Of a stretch of DNA of 64,000 nt, positions 12,000-25,201 are shown piece by piece. Each line of letters starts with the position of its first letter. The stretch's first letter is position 1. The notes under the pieces are model-generated. The model did not search any database and had not been told where the DNA came from. It was given only the letters and a program-made list of their open reading frames with translations. The DNA comes from Psammoneis japonica (taxonomy: Eukaryota). The stretch spans positions 124,001 through 188,000 of the forward strand of contig QPGO01000047.1 in the NCBI GenBank assembly GCA_008632985.1. The letters run 5' to 3'. The position numbers and the translations under genes were made by a program.

Positions 12000-14900
12000 T
12001 CATGCAGGACAATGGAAACTAATGAGGATGTGCATGCATAGGTAGCCATTTGAATTCATCCGAGTCGTCTTTGTCTTGAGTACTTCTTATCAACGTCTCT
12101 TCGTTCTCGTTTTTCTTAGATAGGGTTACGAATTGCTTTACATGCCACTGGCTGTGGTCACGTGTCGGACCCCTGAAAGCTACTAACCGGTAGTTCCAAT
12201 TTACGTTCCATGGCACTTATGGCTTGCTGAGCAATACATTCACGTACCGACTGAAGCAAGAGTTCCATGGACATTCGAATTGCTCGCTAAGATCCAAAAG
12301 GGTGCCATCTGAAAAGACAAATCCTTCTCGATAGGCATTGAACCGACTCACTACCATTGTTGAAGGGTCCGTGGCATCCAGTATCATGGCTGAGTCTAAA
12401 TCAGGAAGAATACAAAAATTGTGGTAGCCGCTGTGAAAGACGCCTGCAACTCCATACGTGCTGCTTCAAAGCCTCGCCTGTGCACCGCTTTCAACGTTGG
12501 AACCTTTGTTGCCGCCATTCCTCCTCTTTCCTCCAAGTCTCCAACAATTTTGTCCAACAACTCAGGACTTGTTAGCCCTAACCTCTTCTTTCTCTAATGG
12601 TTCTAGCAAGGGTTCCCAGCTATCACCAAAATTTACCTACCACTCTGCCCATCTCCATGCCCACCCAAGACAATGCATGACCCTGATTGCAGCGTTCAGC
12701 CACCTTGGCGCATGGGCTACACTTAGTGGCTGCGACAAGCTCGTCAATTTCTTTTCCGCTCGCAGGCTCTCTACCTAGATGGAGTCTTCGAGTTTAGATC
12801 GGAATGCAAACGCGTTTCCCAAATGACGAAAGCACATGGCATAGAATTCGTAGAACCCACCGTAGGCGCTCCTTTCTCTCACTTCAAGCCAGCCTGCCTT
12901 GCACACGTGACACGCATGTACCGGTAGAATGGCCCGCGATGTTGAGAATGATCTCGGCCACCCGCTCTTTGTCGCATTCTGGCAGAGAAGACATCAGTAT
13001 ACTTTCCAAGAATATGCCCCATCATTTTGCCACCTTCTTCAGCATGTCATCAGCGTCAAGTGAGTGACGCAAGATCACGGCTACGGCTGGCACAAGCCGT
13101 TCTAGTTGCTTGGCGACGGTTTGACCATCCTTGTCCTGACCAAAGTATTTGCATGAAATGAAGGAGTAGTCGCCTTCTGTTACCTCTTCGACACCATAGC
13201 ACATATTATTATGGTGTACGGCCACGTTGCATGCCTCACAAAACAGAATTTTGTCTGGAGCACCTCCCCGTCAGCACAAATGCCACAGACTGCATTCACA
13301 TCTTCATTTTGCGTCGTGATACCAGCAAGTGTCAACGTCGGAGTGTTCCATCGCCTTGCGCTCGTCAATCGTGCTCTTCAGCAGGGAACGTATCTTGGAA
13401 TCAAAACCATTTTCCAGGGAGAAATATCAGCTCTTGTGTTGTTTGCGTAGAATTTCATTCTCACACGACTCTTTGCATTGAGCTTCCTGGTTCGCCACCA
13501 TTCCTTTTACAGGAATAACTCGAAACACATTCAACTGGGGATCAGTCATAAAGGTATTCGTGAAAGGCTTGAGCTCGTCTTGCTTCTTCTTTCCGTTATC
13601 GAGAACGTACAGCTCCAACGGTAGTGACTTTAGCGTTTATAGGCAGGCCCGAATGCCAAAACAAGCATCTCTCGCTTTCTGGTTGGCATCTGGATAGTAT
13701 CGACTTGCTTTATCTTGTGGCTTTCGATTCGAGGACCAGGGACTCTTGTACACTTCTGGAACTGCAGAAGCCAGCGCCCGACACGCTTTCGCTTGGGAAA
13801 GGAAGACGCACCAGTAGGCGCTGTCGTTGCAACCTGCCGCCTTGCACCGATCCGGTTGGGCACTTTTCTACAATAGCGGTGTCATTTCCCGCTTTCTTTT
13901 GAGAATTGGCCAGAAAAGCGCATCGGTAGCTACACTTGTGCAAATCGCAAACAACCGGAGAACAATAAGTTTGGCTCTTTTCTCGAGATTCATCTTGATT
14001 TCCAGCCTTTATTGACGACATGCTGAAATAGGGCGAAAACCAGGGAATAGACGTGTTTGGAATCTGTGAAATGCCATGCCAAATTTTGCAGGGCCTGGCA
14101 TGCTCCAACATCAATGCGGCGAGCACCCCTGCGGCGGGATTCGCAAGGGTGGGCTTAACCAAAAGGGATTGTTGAGAGGGCTCCCCATCGCTGGACTTGT
14201 CGTTGGCAGCTTCAGCTGTACCGGGTTTCGTTTACTTCTCCTTTTCCAATTTACAGTCGTTGGGTCGTTCTTCTCGTCCTTACTCGAGTCGGGGTGCGAC
14301 GCGTCTGCGCTTTCGGGATCAACAAGGCGAGTCTGGCCCTGCTATTGTTCGTACCGCTTAGTGGAGACTTTTCTAGTTGACCGTCGCCGGCTTGTTTGCC
14401 GCCACGTTCGTTCCCGGACGATGCTGTCTCGGCAGAACGCTTGGAGGCATCTGTATTCTCTTGCTGATTTCCTCCGTAGCACCGTTTCTGGCTGGATCGC
14501 CATTTGAGCCGTTGTCGTTGATGGTATCACTGGTCTTATTGGCCGCGTCCGTACGCTGCTCCATGTCTAGACAATACACACACTCCACACAACCAGTTCC
14601 GATATTTTGTTTCTAAGTTTCGTCACAAGATTGGTTTCCTCCATACCAGTCCATTGAAACTTGTAATGGATGAATCCTCTTGGGGATCCCTTGTGTCGTG
14701 CCAACCACACAAACTCTCCGGTACTCTTGTAGGAACTTGCCAGCGCTTCTTGTTCATCGTCACTCTTGTCTTGCAATAGCTGCAGTGTGCACGAACCCAT
14801 GGATACTGGTGTCAAGCTTGACGGTTCAAATGAGGTGCAAATTTCACCGGGATCCTAATAATCCAACCAGCGGTAGGTGGTGTTAATTGTTTGAATCATC

Positions 14901-15300
14901 ATTGTCCTTGCTAGAGCGAGGTATCATGACTGCTGCGAATGCACACCGAACATACTGAATACCACCCTTGATGAATCGGTTCCGGAACTTGGGTCCACAC
15001 CCTGTCTTGAACGAGTTGTACCGGGAGGAACATCAAATCCCAAAAGTCTCGCACATTATACGCAGAGGAAGAGGTATCTGGTCGTGGCTAATACAACTCA
15101 CTCCATTTGTACAATTCGGTGCCATTGGCAATACACTGGGGTGGAGGGTATGTCTGATTCAGGTGCCTGCTGTCGTTTTTGTCATTCGGGTTGTTGCTGT
15201 TGTGACGGCAGCGGATGAGGAGGAGGCGGAGGAGATATTGGTGCATGCCCCGGCATAGAGACATGCTAGAACTTGACCCGCTGCTCGTGATTGAATCGCA
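12000..15300 (-). pseudogene. Heavily decayed relic of a large unidentified gene or element
   Basis: Short protein-like fragments in shifting minus-strand frames (e.g. GVFHSGYHNFCILPDLDSAMILD, VCGICADGEVL, GFIHYKFQWTGMEE) broken by stops. No family recognised. Confidence 0.35.
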
Positions 15301-17181
15301 GCATCGTTGTTTCTAATGGCTTGTTGATGCTATTTCTTACATTGTCGTAAACCACCTGCTGCTGCTGCTGCTTGCTACGGTATGAACGAAACACCCGGAG
15401 TTGGCGCTACTTATTCCATTGCAGAGAGAGACGTGAGCATACCTCCATGTCTTTCTTCTGGTGTATCCACAAACTATCTCACCATACTCCTTCATTCTGT
15501 GCCATAAGCATCGTGTAGTCCTTGTGACTGCGTTCTTCCGATAGACGAGTCTGCCTCCCGTAGCCCACCATTGATTTCCCAAGGTGCTTCCCTCGTCGTC
15601 CAGATACACGTGGCTCCTTGCGTGAGCCACGCCGAGAGCCAATCAATGGGCACGCGCGGTTTCTTGCAAACCAGAGTTCATGACATCAACACACGACAGC
15701 CATTTCGTCGATGCTGCCTGGATAGCTTCTCTGAAAACTCTGTGCGGCGTCTCTCCTCGAAGGCTTCAGGTGTACGTGGTTTTTCGTCTTCTGTGTTTCC
15801 CCAAAAGATGGATGAGAAGGAGCATCACCAGCTGATGGTGTGGATGCATCGGTAGCAAGATTTCCAGATTACAAAATGGCCAAATTCTGTCGTCGACCAT
15901 GTTTAACTCTAGACTCTAGCGGCCCACTCAGCCACAACCTCTTACATGTGCAGCCCTCCGCCACCACGAACACAGCTTGCATGGTCGTCAAAGAGAATAC
16001 TGCTCGTATGAGCGGACCGCAACGTCAACTCAAAAAACTTGAAGCCTATCGAAAGCACCTTCTCCATCTAGCCATTAGTTGTAGGTGAATCGTGGTGGAG
16101 ATCACCGTCAGATCTACAGCCAATAAAAATGGCTCTCTGAGTGAGCTCAGAATCCAAAGACGTTTTGCTTTTAATTGGATAAAATGCCACAGAGAAGCCA
16201 TAACAGGTATAAGACAAACCATTCTTTTGTGTCCAGTATGAGAGTTGCGTACAATGCTTGTTGTACTCATGTTACGTAGGAATGAATTGGCAGTGCTGTC
16301 CGTTCCTGTACAGTGTGCACCATTACGGCGACTCCCAGACTGGAAGCTTGTTCAGCACCGTTCGTGTAAAAACCCAACATTCCTTTTCTAGGCGTTTGCC
16401 GCGTTCTTCTCATCAGAGAAATCTAGTTGCGGACGGCATGATACTGTTTTATTACGATTGAACGCAGATTGGCAGGAAGTAATGTGGATCGAACTAGACG
16501 TCCACTGGAGGCTCTGTACGTGAGCTTGACGCCACCTATCCGTTGACAACAGTCATTTACAGCCGCAGTACAGGGCTGCTCCATCAAACGAGCCTTCCTG
16601 AAGTGTGTCAGTGAGTCAGATGATTACTGTAAATAACTGGCGAGAGTAACGACTGAAGCCGACCGTCACCGGCCGAGGACATTTTCGATCGGCTTCAGGC
16701 CATGTCTTCAGGCACGAGTGGAGACGACTTTATTTTGTGAGATGCGGGCTGCTTGCTGGAATGGGAAGCATGAACCACCTGAAAGCCCAAGTTCAACACA
16801 AAAGTAAATAAGACAGTCGTCAACATGCCCGAAGTATATCTAAACTTTGTCACTCACGAATGCTGGTGAAAAAAATCAGAACAAACATGCCGTTCTTCGC
16901 TCTTCTGCCCGTTTAAAATTTCAATTTCGCCGATCATTACAACATACTCCATTCCCATTTATGAACATATCTAAGTTTAATATTTGTACATAGTTATATG
17001 ACAATCGTTATGATACTATATAGCCGTAAATATATGTAAAAAACTTTAACCGCAAAATCGAGAAATCGAGACGCTCTCAGAGAAGAGAGCCCATGGGCCC
17101 ATGGTCGCGACAACAGTTCGACGGCAATAGGAAAAGCGTATACAAAGGGAGCAGACGCATCAACCAGAAGGCTTTGTCACT

Positions 17182-18581
17182 ATGTGGAAACGAGCTGTAA
17201 GAGAAAGCCTTGCCGCTGGCACTAAAGCGTCAACACAGTACCGTCAGAAATCATCCACTTCCTTGCATAAACGGGCTGTTCAGGCCTTGAGCAAGCTCAA
17301 CAACAGCTCGCCACCAAAGAAAGATGCAGCGAAGGAACAAACAATCAAGTTGAACGATGATGTGGCATTTGACGTGAAAACAGATTTCGCTGTTGTTGAG
17401 GAAAACAAGAATCAAAGCAAGACTATCAAAACAAGTGATGTAGCACCAAAGATCAAATCGGAACCGTCACAAGCTGTCGAGACACCAGCCATGCCGACTG
17501 CTCCATTTGTTGCCGGCCAACTCCATGAGTTTGCTCCCAAAATTGTGGTTGCCGGGGTCGGTGGTGCTGGCGGCAATGCAATAAACAACATGATTGCCAA
17601 GGAGTTGCAAGGTATGTCATCATCGATCCCAATTGCAGTCAACTCGATTCGCCTTGATTATTAATCTCTAATCACTTACCGCTCTATTCGTGTACAGGAG
17701 TGGATTTCTGCGCTCTCAATACGGACGCTCAACACTTGTCAACGACGCTTACCGACCAACGATTACAGTTGGGAGCTGACTTGACGCGTGGCTTGGGATG
17801 CGGCGCGAACCCAGACGCTGGGCGTATGGCGGCGGAGGAGTGCCGTCAGGATATTGAAGACTTTCTCAAGGAGGCGCATATGGTTTTCATAACTGCCGGA
17901 ATGGGAGGTGGTACCGGGACTGGAGCTGCCCCGGTGGTAGCAGAGATTTGTTACCAAGCTGGTATTCTTACGGTTGCGGTGGTGACGACGCCATTTACGT
18001 TTGAAGGAACTCACCGAAAGAGACTTGCACTGGAAGGAATCGAGCGTCTTCAGGATGTAGTCGACACATTGATTGTGATTCCCAACCAAAACTTGTTTGC
18101 TCTCGCCACTCCTGAAACGTCCTTTGTTGATGCATTTCGAATGGCGGACGATGTTTTGCTCGGTGGTGTCAAGAGCATTACGGATCTCATGACGTCTCCA
18201 GGATTGATCAATTTGGATTTTGCTGACGTTCAGTCCGTTATGCATGGAATGGGTAGTGCTCTCCTGGGAACCGGAGTTGCAGAGGGTGAGAATCGCGCCG
18301 TCGAGGCTGCGCAGCAAGCCCTAGACAATCCCCTCCTCACCAAGGACATGGACATTAGTACGGCAAAAGGAATGCTCGTCAACATCACAGGAGGAAAGGA
18401 CATGACACTTTTTGAGGTGGACAAAGCGGCACAATGTGTTACCGAAAAAATCAAGGATGAGTCAGCAAATATCATTTTTGGTAGTGCTTACGAGGAGGCA
18501 ATGGCTGGTTCGATTCGGGTCTCGGTTGTGGCCACAGGCCTCGACACGAACGGCGTCGACGGAGCAAACACATACTACTAG
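17182..18581 (+). CDS. ftsZ: FtsZ, probably mitochondrial (alphaproteobacterial type), 2 exons
   Basis: Intron 17612-17697 joins [15 protein letters not shown] to [11 protein letters not shown]. Tubulin motif GMGGGTGTG, plus IPNQNLF and GLINLDFAD. Basic, Ser-rich N-terminal extension. Confidence 0.95.
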
Positions 18582-19344
18582 AGCGTGGCGTTTTGCAGGG
18601 ATCGATAAGTAACCCTTTCATAATTATTGAACTTTGGATCGTTTTCTCTTGATGCCGAGGTAACGTAGATCGAGATTGCCACCGGCATTGTTTTTCATTT
18701 GTCGCACATACTCAACAGAAGATGTTGCAACCGAAAGCCAAGGTGTGTATCACATAATATGCTCTTATTGCGTTGTGCTTGTAGACCGATACCGCTCAAT
18801 ATTCCAGTTGGTGTACTGTACCACTTCAGAACAACACTTCTGCGTTTGCCAAAAAGCCGGTGGATATCCCAAAGTATTCATGCTCACCCATGAGTGTCCA
18901 ACCATTATTCTTTTTATTTACAGAAGTACCCGCCCATGCCCTGAGATGTCTCCGGTGTCGCCCTTCCAGAGAGTCGGATCGGCTGACTATCGTTTTTTAA
19001 GGCCAGCGACATGATAATTCCACTGTCATGCTAGGATCCAACGAAAATACAAGCGACGCTCTACTCTTGAGGTAAATTTTGTCATCGTCAAGGAGCGAAT
19101 ATGGTAACTGTCGTAGTATCCTTTTAAAATTTGATAACAGGATATTACAGGGTGCGATCAAGAATTCTCATCATAATCAGGCCACGGGTACGGCTAGTCG
19201 TATCGATGTCAGCATACCTACCCCGAGAAACATGGTAAGAATGAACAACGGTCTCCTCTTGTCCCATTCTGTCCATACCGGTTACCGTATTCCAACAAGT
19301 TTTCTGAGCCTTCGTACCGGAATTGCTGTGATCTGAATGGCATC

Positions 19345-19760
19345 CGCTCTTGCAGCAAGGACCAATGACAGATATTAATCAGATGCTATCCTAACAGTTG
19401 CAAGTCTACCTACATTTACCTAAGAACTGCCACTGAGTATTCATAATACGATGGCCCTTATTCCTTGCTTTCTCCTCTCTTGACGACTTCTGGATTGTTC
19501 GTAAAGAACCACAAAATGAAGTTCCCAACCTGTCCTATTCTGTCCGCAACGGAAGTGCTGTGATCTCAATGGTACCAGCTCTAGCAGTAGTGATCAACAA
19601 TAGACAATAATCAGATAACTAACCTAAATCTTGTACATCTACCTACCTATATCTAAGAAAGGCCACCGGCTACTCATAATCCGTTGATCCTTATTTCTTG
19701 TTTTCTCCTTTCTTGACGAAGTCCGGATTGTTCGTCAAGAACCAAAAAATAAAGTTGTCA
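19345..19760. repeat. About 235-bp tandem duplication of the 3' end and 3' flank of the LRR gene
   Basis: 19458-19523 (minus) encodes NFILWFFTNNPEVVKRGESKE*, versus NFIFWFLTNNPDFVKKGENKK* at 19691-19756. Flanks also align. Confidence 0.75.
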
Positions 19761-20921
19761 TCGCTGCGCGGACCTGCCAAGACATGTGGCCAAAGAGCTG
19801 CAGACACGTTGTCGCGACGCAGCAAGTGTCTTCCTGCACTATTCATGTGAACGTAGCAATCCATTTCATCTTGCGTCTCCTCGTCAACCGTCGGCATCCA
19901 CACCTGGTCAGCAGAATACGCAGCTTCTCCAATGTCCTTGGGTGTGGTTGTAAGCGACAAGCAGCCGTCCAGCTGGAGATAACGAAGCCTCGGCAGCTGA
20001 AGAATTTCCTTTGGAATAGACGTCAAGTGTTCACACCCAACCAGACCCAAGACACTCAACTTTGTGAGCAATCCCATCTTTGGAGGAAGCTCGAATAATT
20101 CGGAGCAATTTATAAGCTTTAACCACGTCAGATTGACAAGATTGCAAACGACGACTTGCAAGAATTCATTCAAGCCGGGGCCGTAGTTTTCAAGCATAAG
20201 ACATTGAAGCTGTGACAGCTTCCCAACTTCAATCTCGGGAGTTTCGTGAGTTTCTTGCAATCCACAAGATAGAGTTCTTCAAGTTGCTGTAACTGTCCTA
20301 TTTCAGGGGACAACTTCGTGAGAGACCGGCCAACGTGTAACCGCAGCTCCACCAAGTTTGTCAACTGCCACAATTGATCTGGCAACTCTTTGAGACTTTC
20401 GCAGTGGCGAAGGTCAAGGAGACGCAGTTGCTGCAGCTGCCCGATTCCCTTTGGCAACTCTGCAAGACTTTTGCAATGGCAAAGGTGAAGTTCTCTCAGT
20501 TGCTGCAGTTTCCTGATTTCCATTGGCAACTCTTCCCGATTCCCGCAGGCAAACTTCTGAGAGCACTGCAATTGCACAAGTTCAGCTTCTTCAAGCTTGT
20601 CAATTCGCACACTTCATTGGGCAAGACAACGATGCTCCGGCACTCAGTTAATTGCAATTCTTCAAGTCGCTGCAGCTGCTCAATTTCTCGAGGGATCCGC
20701 ACAAGATTGATGGAACTCACGGCCAAGACTTCAAGTCGACACAACAAGCCAATTTCGCACGGAAGCACAACCAAACTGGGGACAGAGCACAAATGCATTT
20801 CTCTTGCATTGATGCACTTCTCGTGCTCCAGTGAAAAAGTGTGCAACAACCGCCACTTTGGCAGTCCCGCAGCTTGTTTCATGGCAGCGAGGATCAGGTC
20901 GGAAGGGTCGTCATCGTCCAT
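19691..20921 (-). pseudogene. Leucine-rich repeat protein, frameshifted, 5' half TpA-converted
   Basis: LRR units (LPxEIGxLxxLxxLxL..C) spread over three frames, with shifts near 20535 and 20240. Diatom-type C-terminus N.AGR.LL...LWP.VL. Confidence 0.85.
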
Positions 20922-21029
20922 TGTTGTTGCTCTTGTTCCCTTGCAACCGGGCTGTGAGAGCAACGCACTGGCTCAAAGTGAGCGTGTTGACAAAAAAAAC
21001 TGTTGGTGATTTCAAATGCCATTGACGAC

Positions 21030-21435
21030 CGTGCGCCGGGCCATGACTCGTTGTGTGTGTCAAGAAAGCATTGCGCGATGCTTTTCTTGTGTTTCTTTTT
21101 GAAAAACGAGCCAGCTTGCACTGCCAGCACTTGTGCTCAAAAGACAATGTTTCGTTGTGCGGTGCAAGTGAAACCGGGCGTGCTAACTCCCAAGGGGCTG
21201 TCGTCTCTCGTCTCCACGTGTGCATTTAGAGGGCCTGCCGCAGTTGTTCTCTGCGACCTGCGCCGGGCCATGTCTCGTTGTGTGTGCAAAGAAAGCGTTG
21301 CGCAGTGCTTTTCTTGTTTTTCTTTTGAAAAGAGATCTTGCCAACACCAGCACTTACGACTGTTCAAAAGCCAATGTTTCGTTGTGCCGCACAAGTAAAA
21401 CCGGACGTGCCAACTCCAAACGGACCATCGTCTCT
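21030..21435. repeat. Direct repeat, about 228 bp unit, 2 copies, upstream of the LRR pseudogene
   Basis: tgcgccgggccatg.ctcgttgtgtgtg...aagt.aaaccgg.cgtgc.aactcc starts near 21032 and 21259. Confidence 0.85.
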
Positions 21436-21742
21436 GTGTTGACAGGGCTGTGATGCAATGTCATAGAGCAAAAAATGAAAACGCACGAACCAAAGCGCCA
21501 TCAAAGAACGTGAAGTGGCTTATGTAGTTTCTGACCACGACATTTCACGTTAATGACCCTCGTCTGGCCGCCACCGAAAACATCAAAAACAATTCTGATT
21601 TTGTCATTTTCATTTGACGAAATCTACAGGAAACGCTGGTAGAATTTCTACGTAGAATTTATCTTATGTAGCGCGACGCAATAGCGCGATAGTCGCACGA
21701 AGTCATCACACGCGCAGTCATCGGCAGATCTTGATCGGCACC

Positions 21743-24278
21743 ATGGCGTCTTCTCTTTTGCGAACGAGCGTTCGACGTTGTGTGACGACGGGTCGTATCA
21801 CACCACGGCGTAATGATTTTATCAATAAGAGAGTGTTTTCAAGTAGTAGTGTGGCTGCTGCAGTGTCAACATCGTCTGAGCAACACTATGAGGATTCGTC
21901 TCGCGCGTCATTGCCGTGGATGGGAGCAGCAGCGGCGGCGGCACTGGCAACTGCATTGAATACTGACAACAACAACAAGGCAGAATGCTGCGGAATTGCA
22001 GGTGTTGTTGGGGGAGATAAGGACGATGCCAGGTAAGATACTTATGGCCGAACGAATTCGCCGGACGCTGTGTTCCCGGTGTACTTGATTAATTTGATCA
22101 TAGACGTGCAGAGGAAGCGCAGGGATTACCATAAGTGAGGCGTTGATCATACTTACATCATCAAACTTGCTCTTGTTCTATTTTAGACAATTTCTTTTGG
22201 AAGGACTGACTATTCTCAAGAATCGCGGCTACGATAGCGCCGGACTAGCTACGGTCCCGGTAGAGGGCGGAGCCATGGTATTGACAAAGTACGCCAGTGA
22301 CGGAGACAAGGCTGATAGCATTGAATTAGTAAAGTCCAAAAGCGAAGCTTCTTCGGGCCATCCTATTGGTATTGCTCATACGCGTTGGGCCACTCACGGA
22401 GGAAAAACAGATGAAAACGCGCATCCTCATACGGATTCTTCTGGCAAGATTGCTCTGGTCCATAACGGTACTCTGAACAACGCAAATGAGTTACGGAAAG
22501 AACTCCAAGACCTGGGCCACGTTTTTACGAGTCAAACGGATACCGAAGTCATTGTCAAACTCATTGGTCATATCCGAGATAAGGACCCCAGCAATATCTC
22601 TGTCAAGGATGCTACTCAGCTCGCCTTGGATCGCTGTGACGGTACGTGGGGCCTCTGCATCATGTGCTCTGACACACCCGACGAACTTGTGGTGGCGTGC
22701 AATGGATCACCCATGGTGTTGGGGATTGCCCACAATCGTACCTTTGTTGCGAGTGAAACGTCGGCCTTCAATCGGTACACCAAGAACTTTATCAGCATGA
22801 AGGATGGAGAGATTGGTGTTTTGCACGCTGACGGACGAACTTTGGATTTGACGCGCAAGCAGAAAGCGCCTGATCACAAAGTCGAATTGTCGCCAGATCC
22901 ATTTCCTCATTGGACGCTAAAGGAGTAAGTTGTAATGGTTGTATGTGTCGCTACTGTAAGTTAAAGGCAACGGGCTTACCCTTTTGGATCACCTTGTTCT
23001 CGCTCAGAATGACTGAGCAACCTGAAGCCATGGCTCGAGCCCTGGGATTTGGCGGTCGGTTGGCTCCTGACAAGGTCTTGTTGGGTGGACTGGATAGTAA
23101 CTTTGACCGCATGTCTAAGATCCGTCTCTTGACTCTGAGCGCCTGTGGAACGAGTCTCAACGCAGCCAAGTACGGGGAACGACTCATGAAGCATTTGGGA
23201 TCCGTTGACAGTATCGTGTCCATTGACGCTGCAGAAACTGGCCCTGATGATTTTCCTGTCTGCAAGGAAACGTCAGAAAGTGGTGTCATTGTTATTTCGC
23301 AAAGTGGGGAGACCAAGGATGTCCAACGTGTCGTGTTGACTGCCATGGACAAGGGTGTGACAGTGATGAGTGTGGTCAATGCCGTGGGTAGTCTCATTGC
23401 GCGCACCACAAAGCTGGGAGTTTACTGCAACGCCGGACGGGAAAATGCGGTTGCATCGACAAAAGCATTTACGACTCAAGTTACTGTACTAGCACTTATT
23501 GCATTGTGGTTTCGCGAAGCCCGTGACAAGCTCGAGGGCTTGGCGCCCTCTCAAGAAGCGGTTCGTCTCAAGGAGGCACTCATGCGGCTGCCCATTACTT
23601 TTGGAATGACCATGAAATCGCGTGACAAATGCCGTGAAATTGCCAAACGACTGGAAAACAAGGAACATTGTTTCTTATTGGGCAAGGGGTATGGCGAACC
23701 GGTGGCACAAGAAGGAGCGCTGAAAATCAAGGAAATGTGCTACCTTCACGCAGAGGGGTACAGCGGAGGCGCACTCAAGCACGGGCCCTTTGCCCTGATT
23801 GAGAACGATGAGACGGGAAAGAATGGTGCGACCCCAATCATTATGCTCGTTCTCGACGATGAGCATGCCCAGCACATGCGTACTTGTGCGGAGGAGGTAA
23901 GTTTTTGGCAAGAGAGTAACAATCATGGGATTGCCGGGCCTGCACTCATGATGCTGGCGTTTATTTATCGTGTAGGTCAAGGCTCGGGGTGCTGAGATTA
24001 TAATTATTACGGACAAGGCTAGCCTTGCACAGGGTTTGGACGACGATCCTATTCTCATTCCGTCCAACGGTCCAATGACTGCTCTTGGTGCCGTGCTACC
24101 GTTGCAACTGATTGCTTACGAACTTGCTATGCTACGGTGAGTTTAAGTTGTGCTGCCCTTTCATATTTTGAAGCAAATCGGCTCTTCCTCTCATCAAGCG
24201 TGTTTATGAATTTGTTAATGTAGTGGCATCAATCCGGATACTCCACGAAACTTGGCCAAAGCAGTTACTGTAGACTAG
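21743..24278 (+). CDS. glmS: Glutamine--fructose-6-phosphate transaminase (GFAT) with N-terminal presequence, 5 exons
   Basis: Motifs [53 protein letters not shown] and C-terminal [11 protein letters not shown]. Introns 22033-22186, 22925-23007, 23897-23975, 24137-24223. Confidence 0.95.
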
Positions 24279-24802
24279 GGGGGTTACTTGTGATGTTGAG
24301 TTTTGCTTCCATGTAGTCCGTAGTTGAGTAATTTAGAGTCTATTCCCATCTCTAGTGCTGCAAGGCGACGTAGCAAAGGATGTTTCTCTTGACTTATCTA
24401 CGGAGCATTGTTTGTACGGTGTGAACTAGATGAAAGCAGGGTGATCCGTAGCAGCTTCTGCGACAAGCGCAGGTAATCGGCCGCGGGGAATGTGTCGCTC
24501 CACCCTCCACCAAAGAGAAGCTCTATCCATTGTTTATTTAACTCACAGCCAGAGGATTCCTTCGTAGTGTGTTGTGTACTTAAGCCATCTCTCCTCCTCC
24601 AGCACACTATCATCCCGCCCACGCCTTCAGTCATTACAAAACAATCATCGTCTTTCGAATCTAGCTCTATAGAAGTAACAGTGGACTAGAAACAAGCAAA
24701 TGAAGAGGAAGTAATCATGTAGAAGTCGGACTATATAGTACTTGGCTGTTCATTCTAATACAAGTAGCTTGATTTTGGAATGCCTTGTAGCCACTCCTCA
24801 TC

Positions 24803-25201
24803 TTAGAACGCGATACTCCAAAGGTCATTGACAAGAAGCGCCAGGCCAAAATAGCGGATTATCGCCAAGGCAATGGTTGGCCATGTGGGGTATCCAAACG
24901 CCGTGCGACTCCACACATATCCAACCTGGCCCAAAACTGCAAGGGTCGCTCCTTTTGAGGCTTGGTCGTCTTGAAGTGAAAGAAACAAGAGAATCGCCGT
25001 CAAGAGTCCTGCATATTCGGATTCGTTGTTGACCGCCTTTTGATACTGCTGAATGCTAAATTTGGAACTGATGCGACTCTTGCGTTTCGGATCCCATTCC
25101 AGAAACTGGTAGGTGCGGAGTGTGAAACTGAGCAGGACCCTTGTCATGGTGGCGTGGGCGGCAATGAGAGTTGCTCCTTGGAGGGCAGTGAAGAACGTCA
25201 T
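24803..25201 (-). CDS. Small membrane protein, MAPEG-like
   Basis: 132 aa with about 4 hydrophobic helices. YQKAVNNESEY resembles the MAPEG helix-2 R.H.N..E motif. Confidence 0.55.
   Translation of the reverse strand: MTFFTALQGATLIAAHATMTRVLLSFTLRTYQFLEWDPKRKSRISSKFSIQQYQKAVNNESEYAGLLTAILLFLSLQDDQASKGATLAVLGQVGYVWSRTAFGYPTWPTIALAIIRYFGLALLVNDLWSIAF

Noticed and set aside
17091..17104. 14-bp palindrome CCATGGGCCCATGG upstream of ftsZ
   Set aside because: Single occurrence with no supporting context; could be chance.
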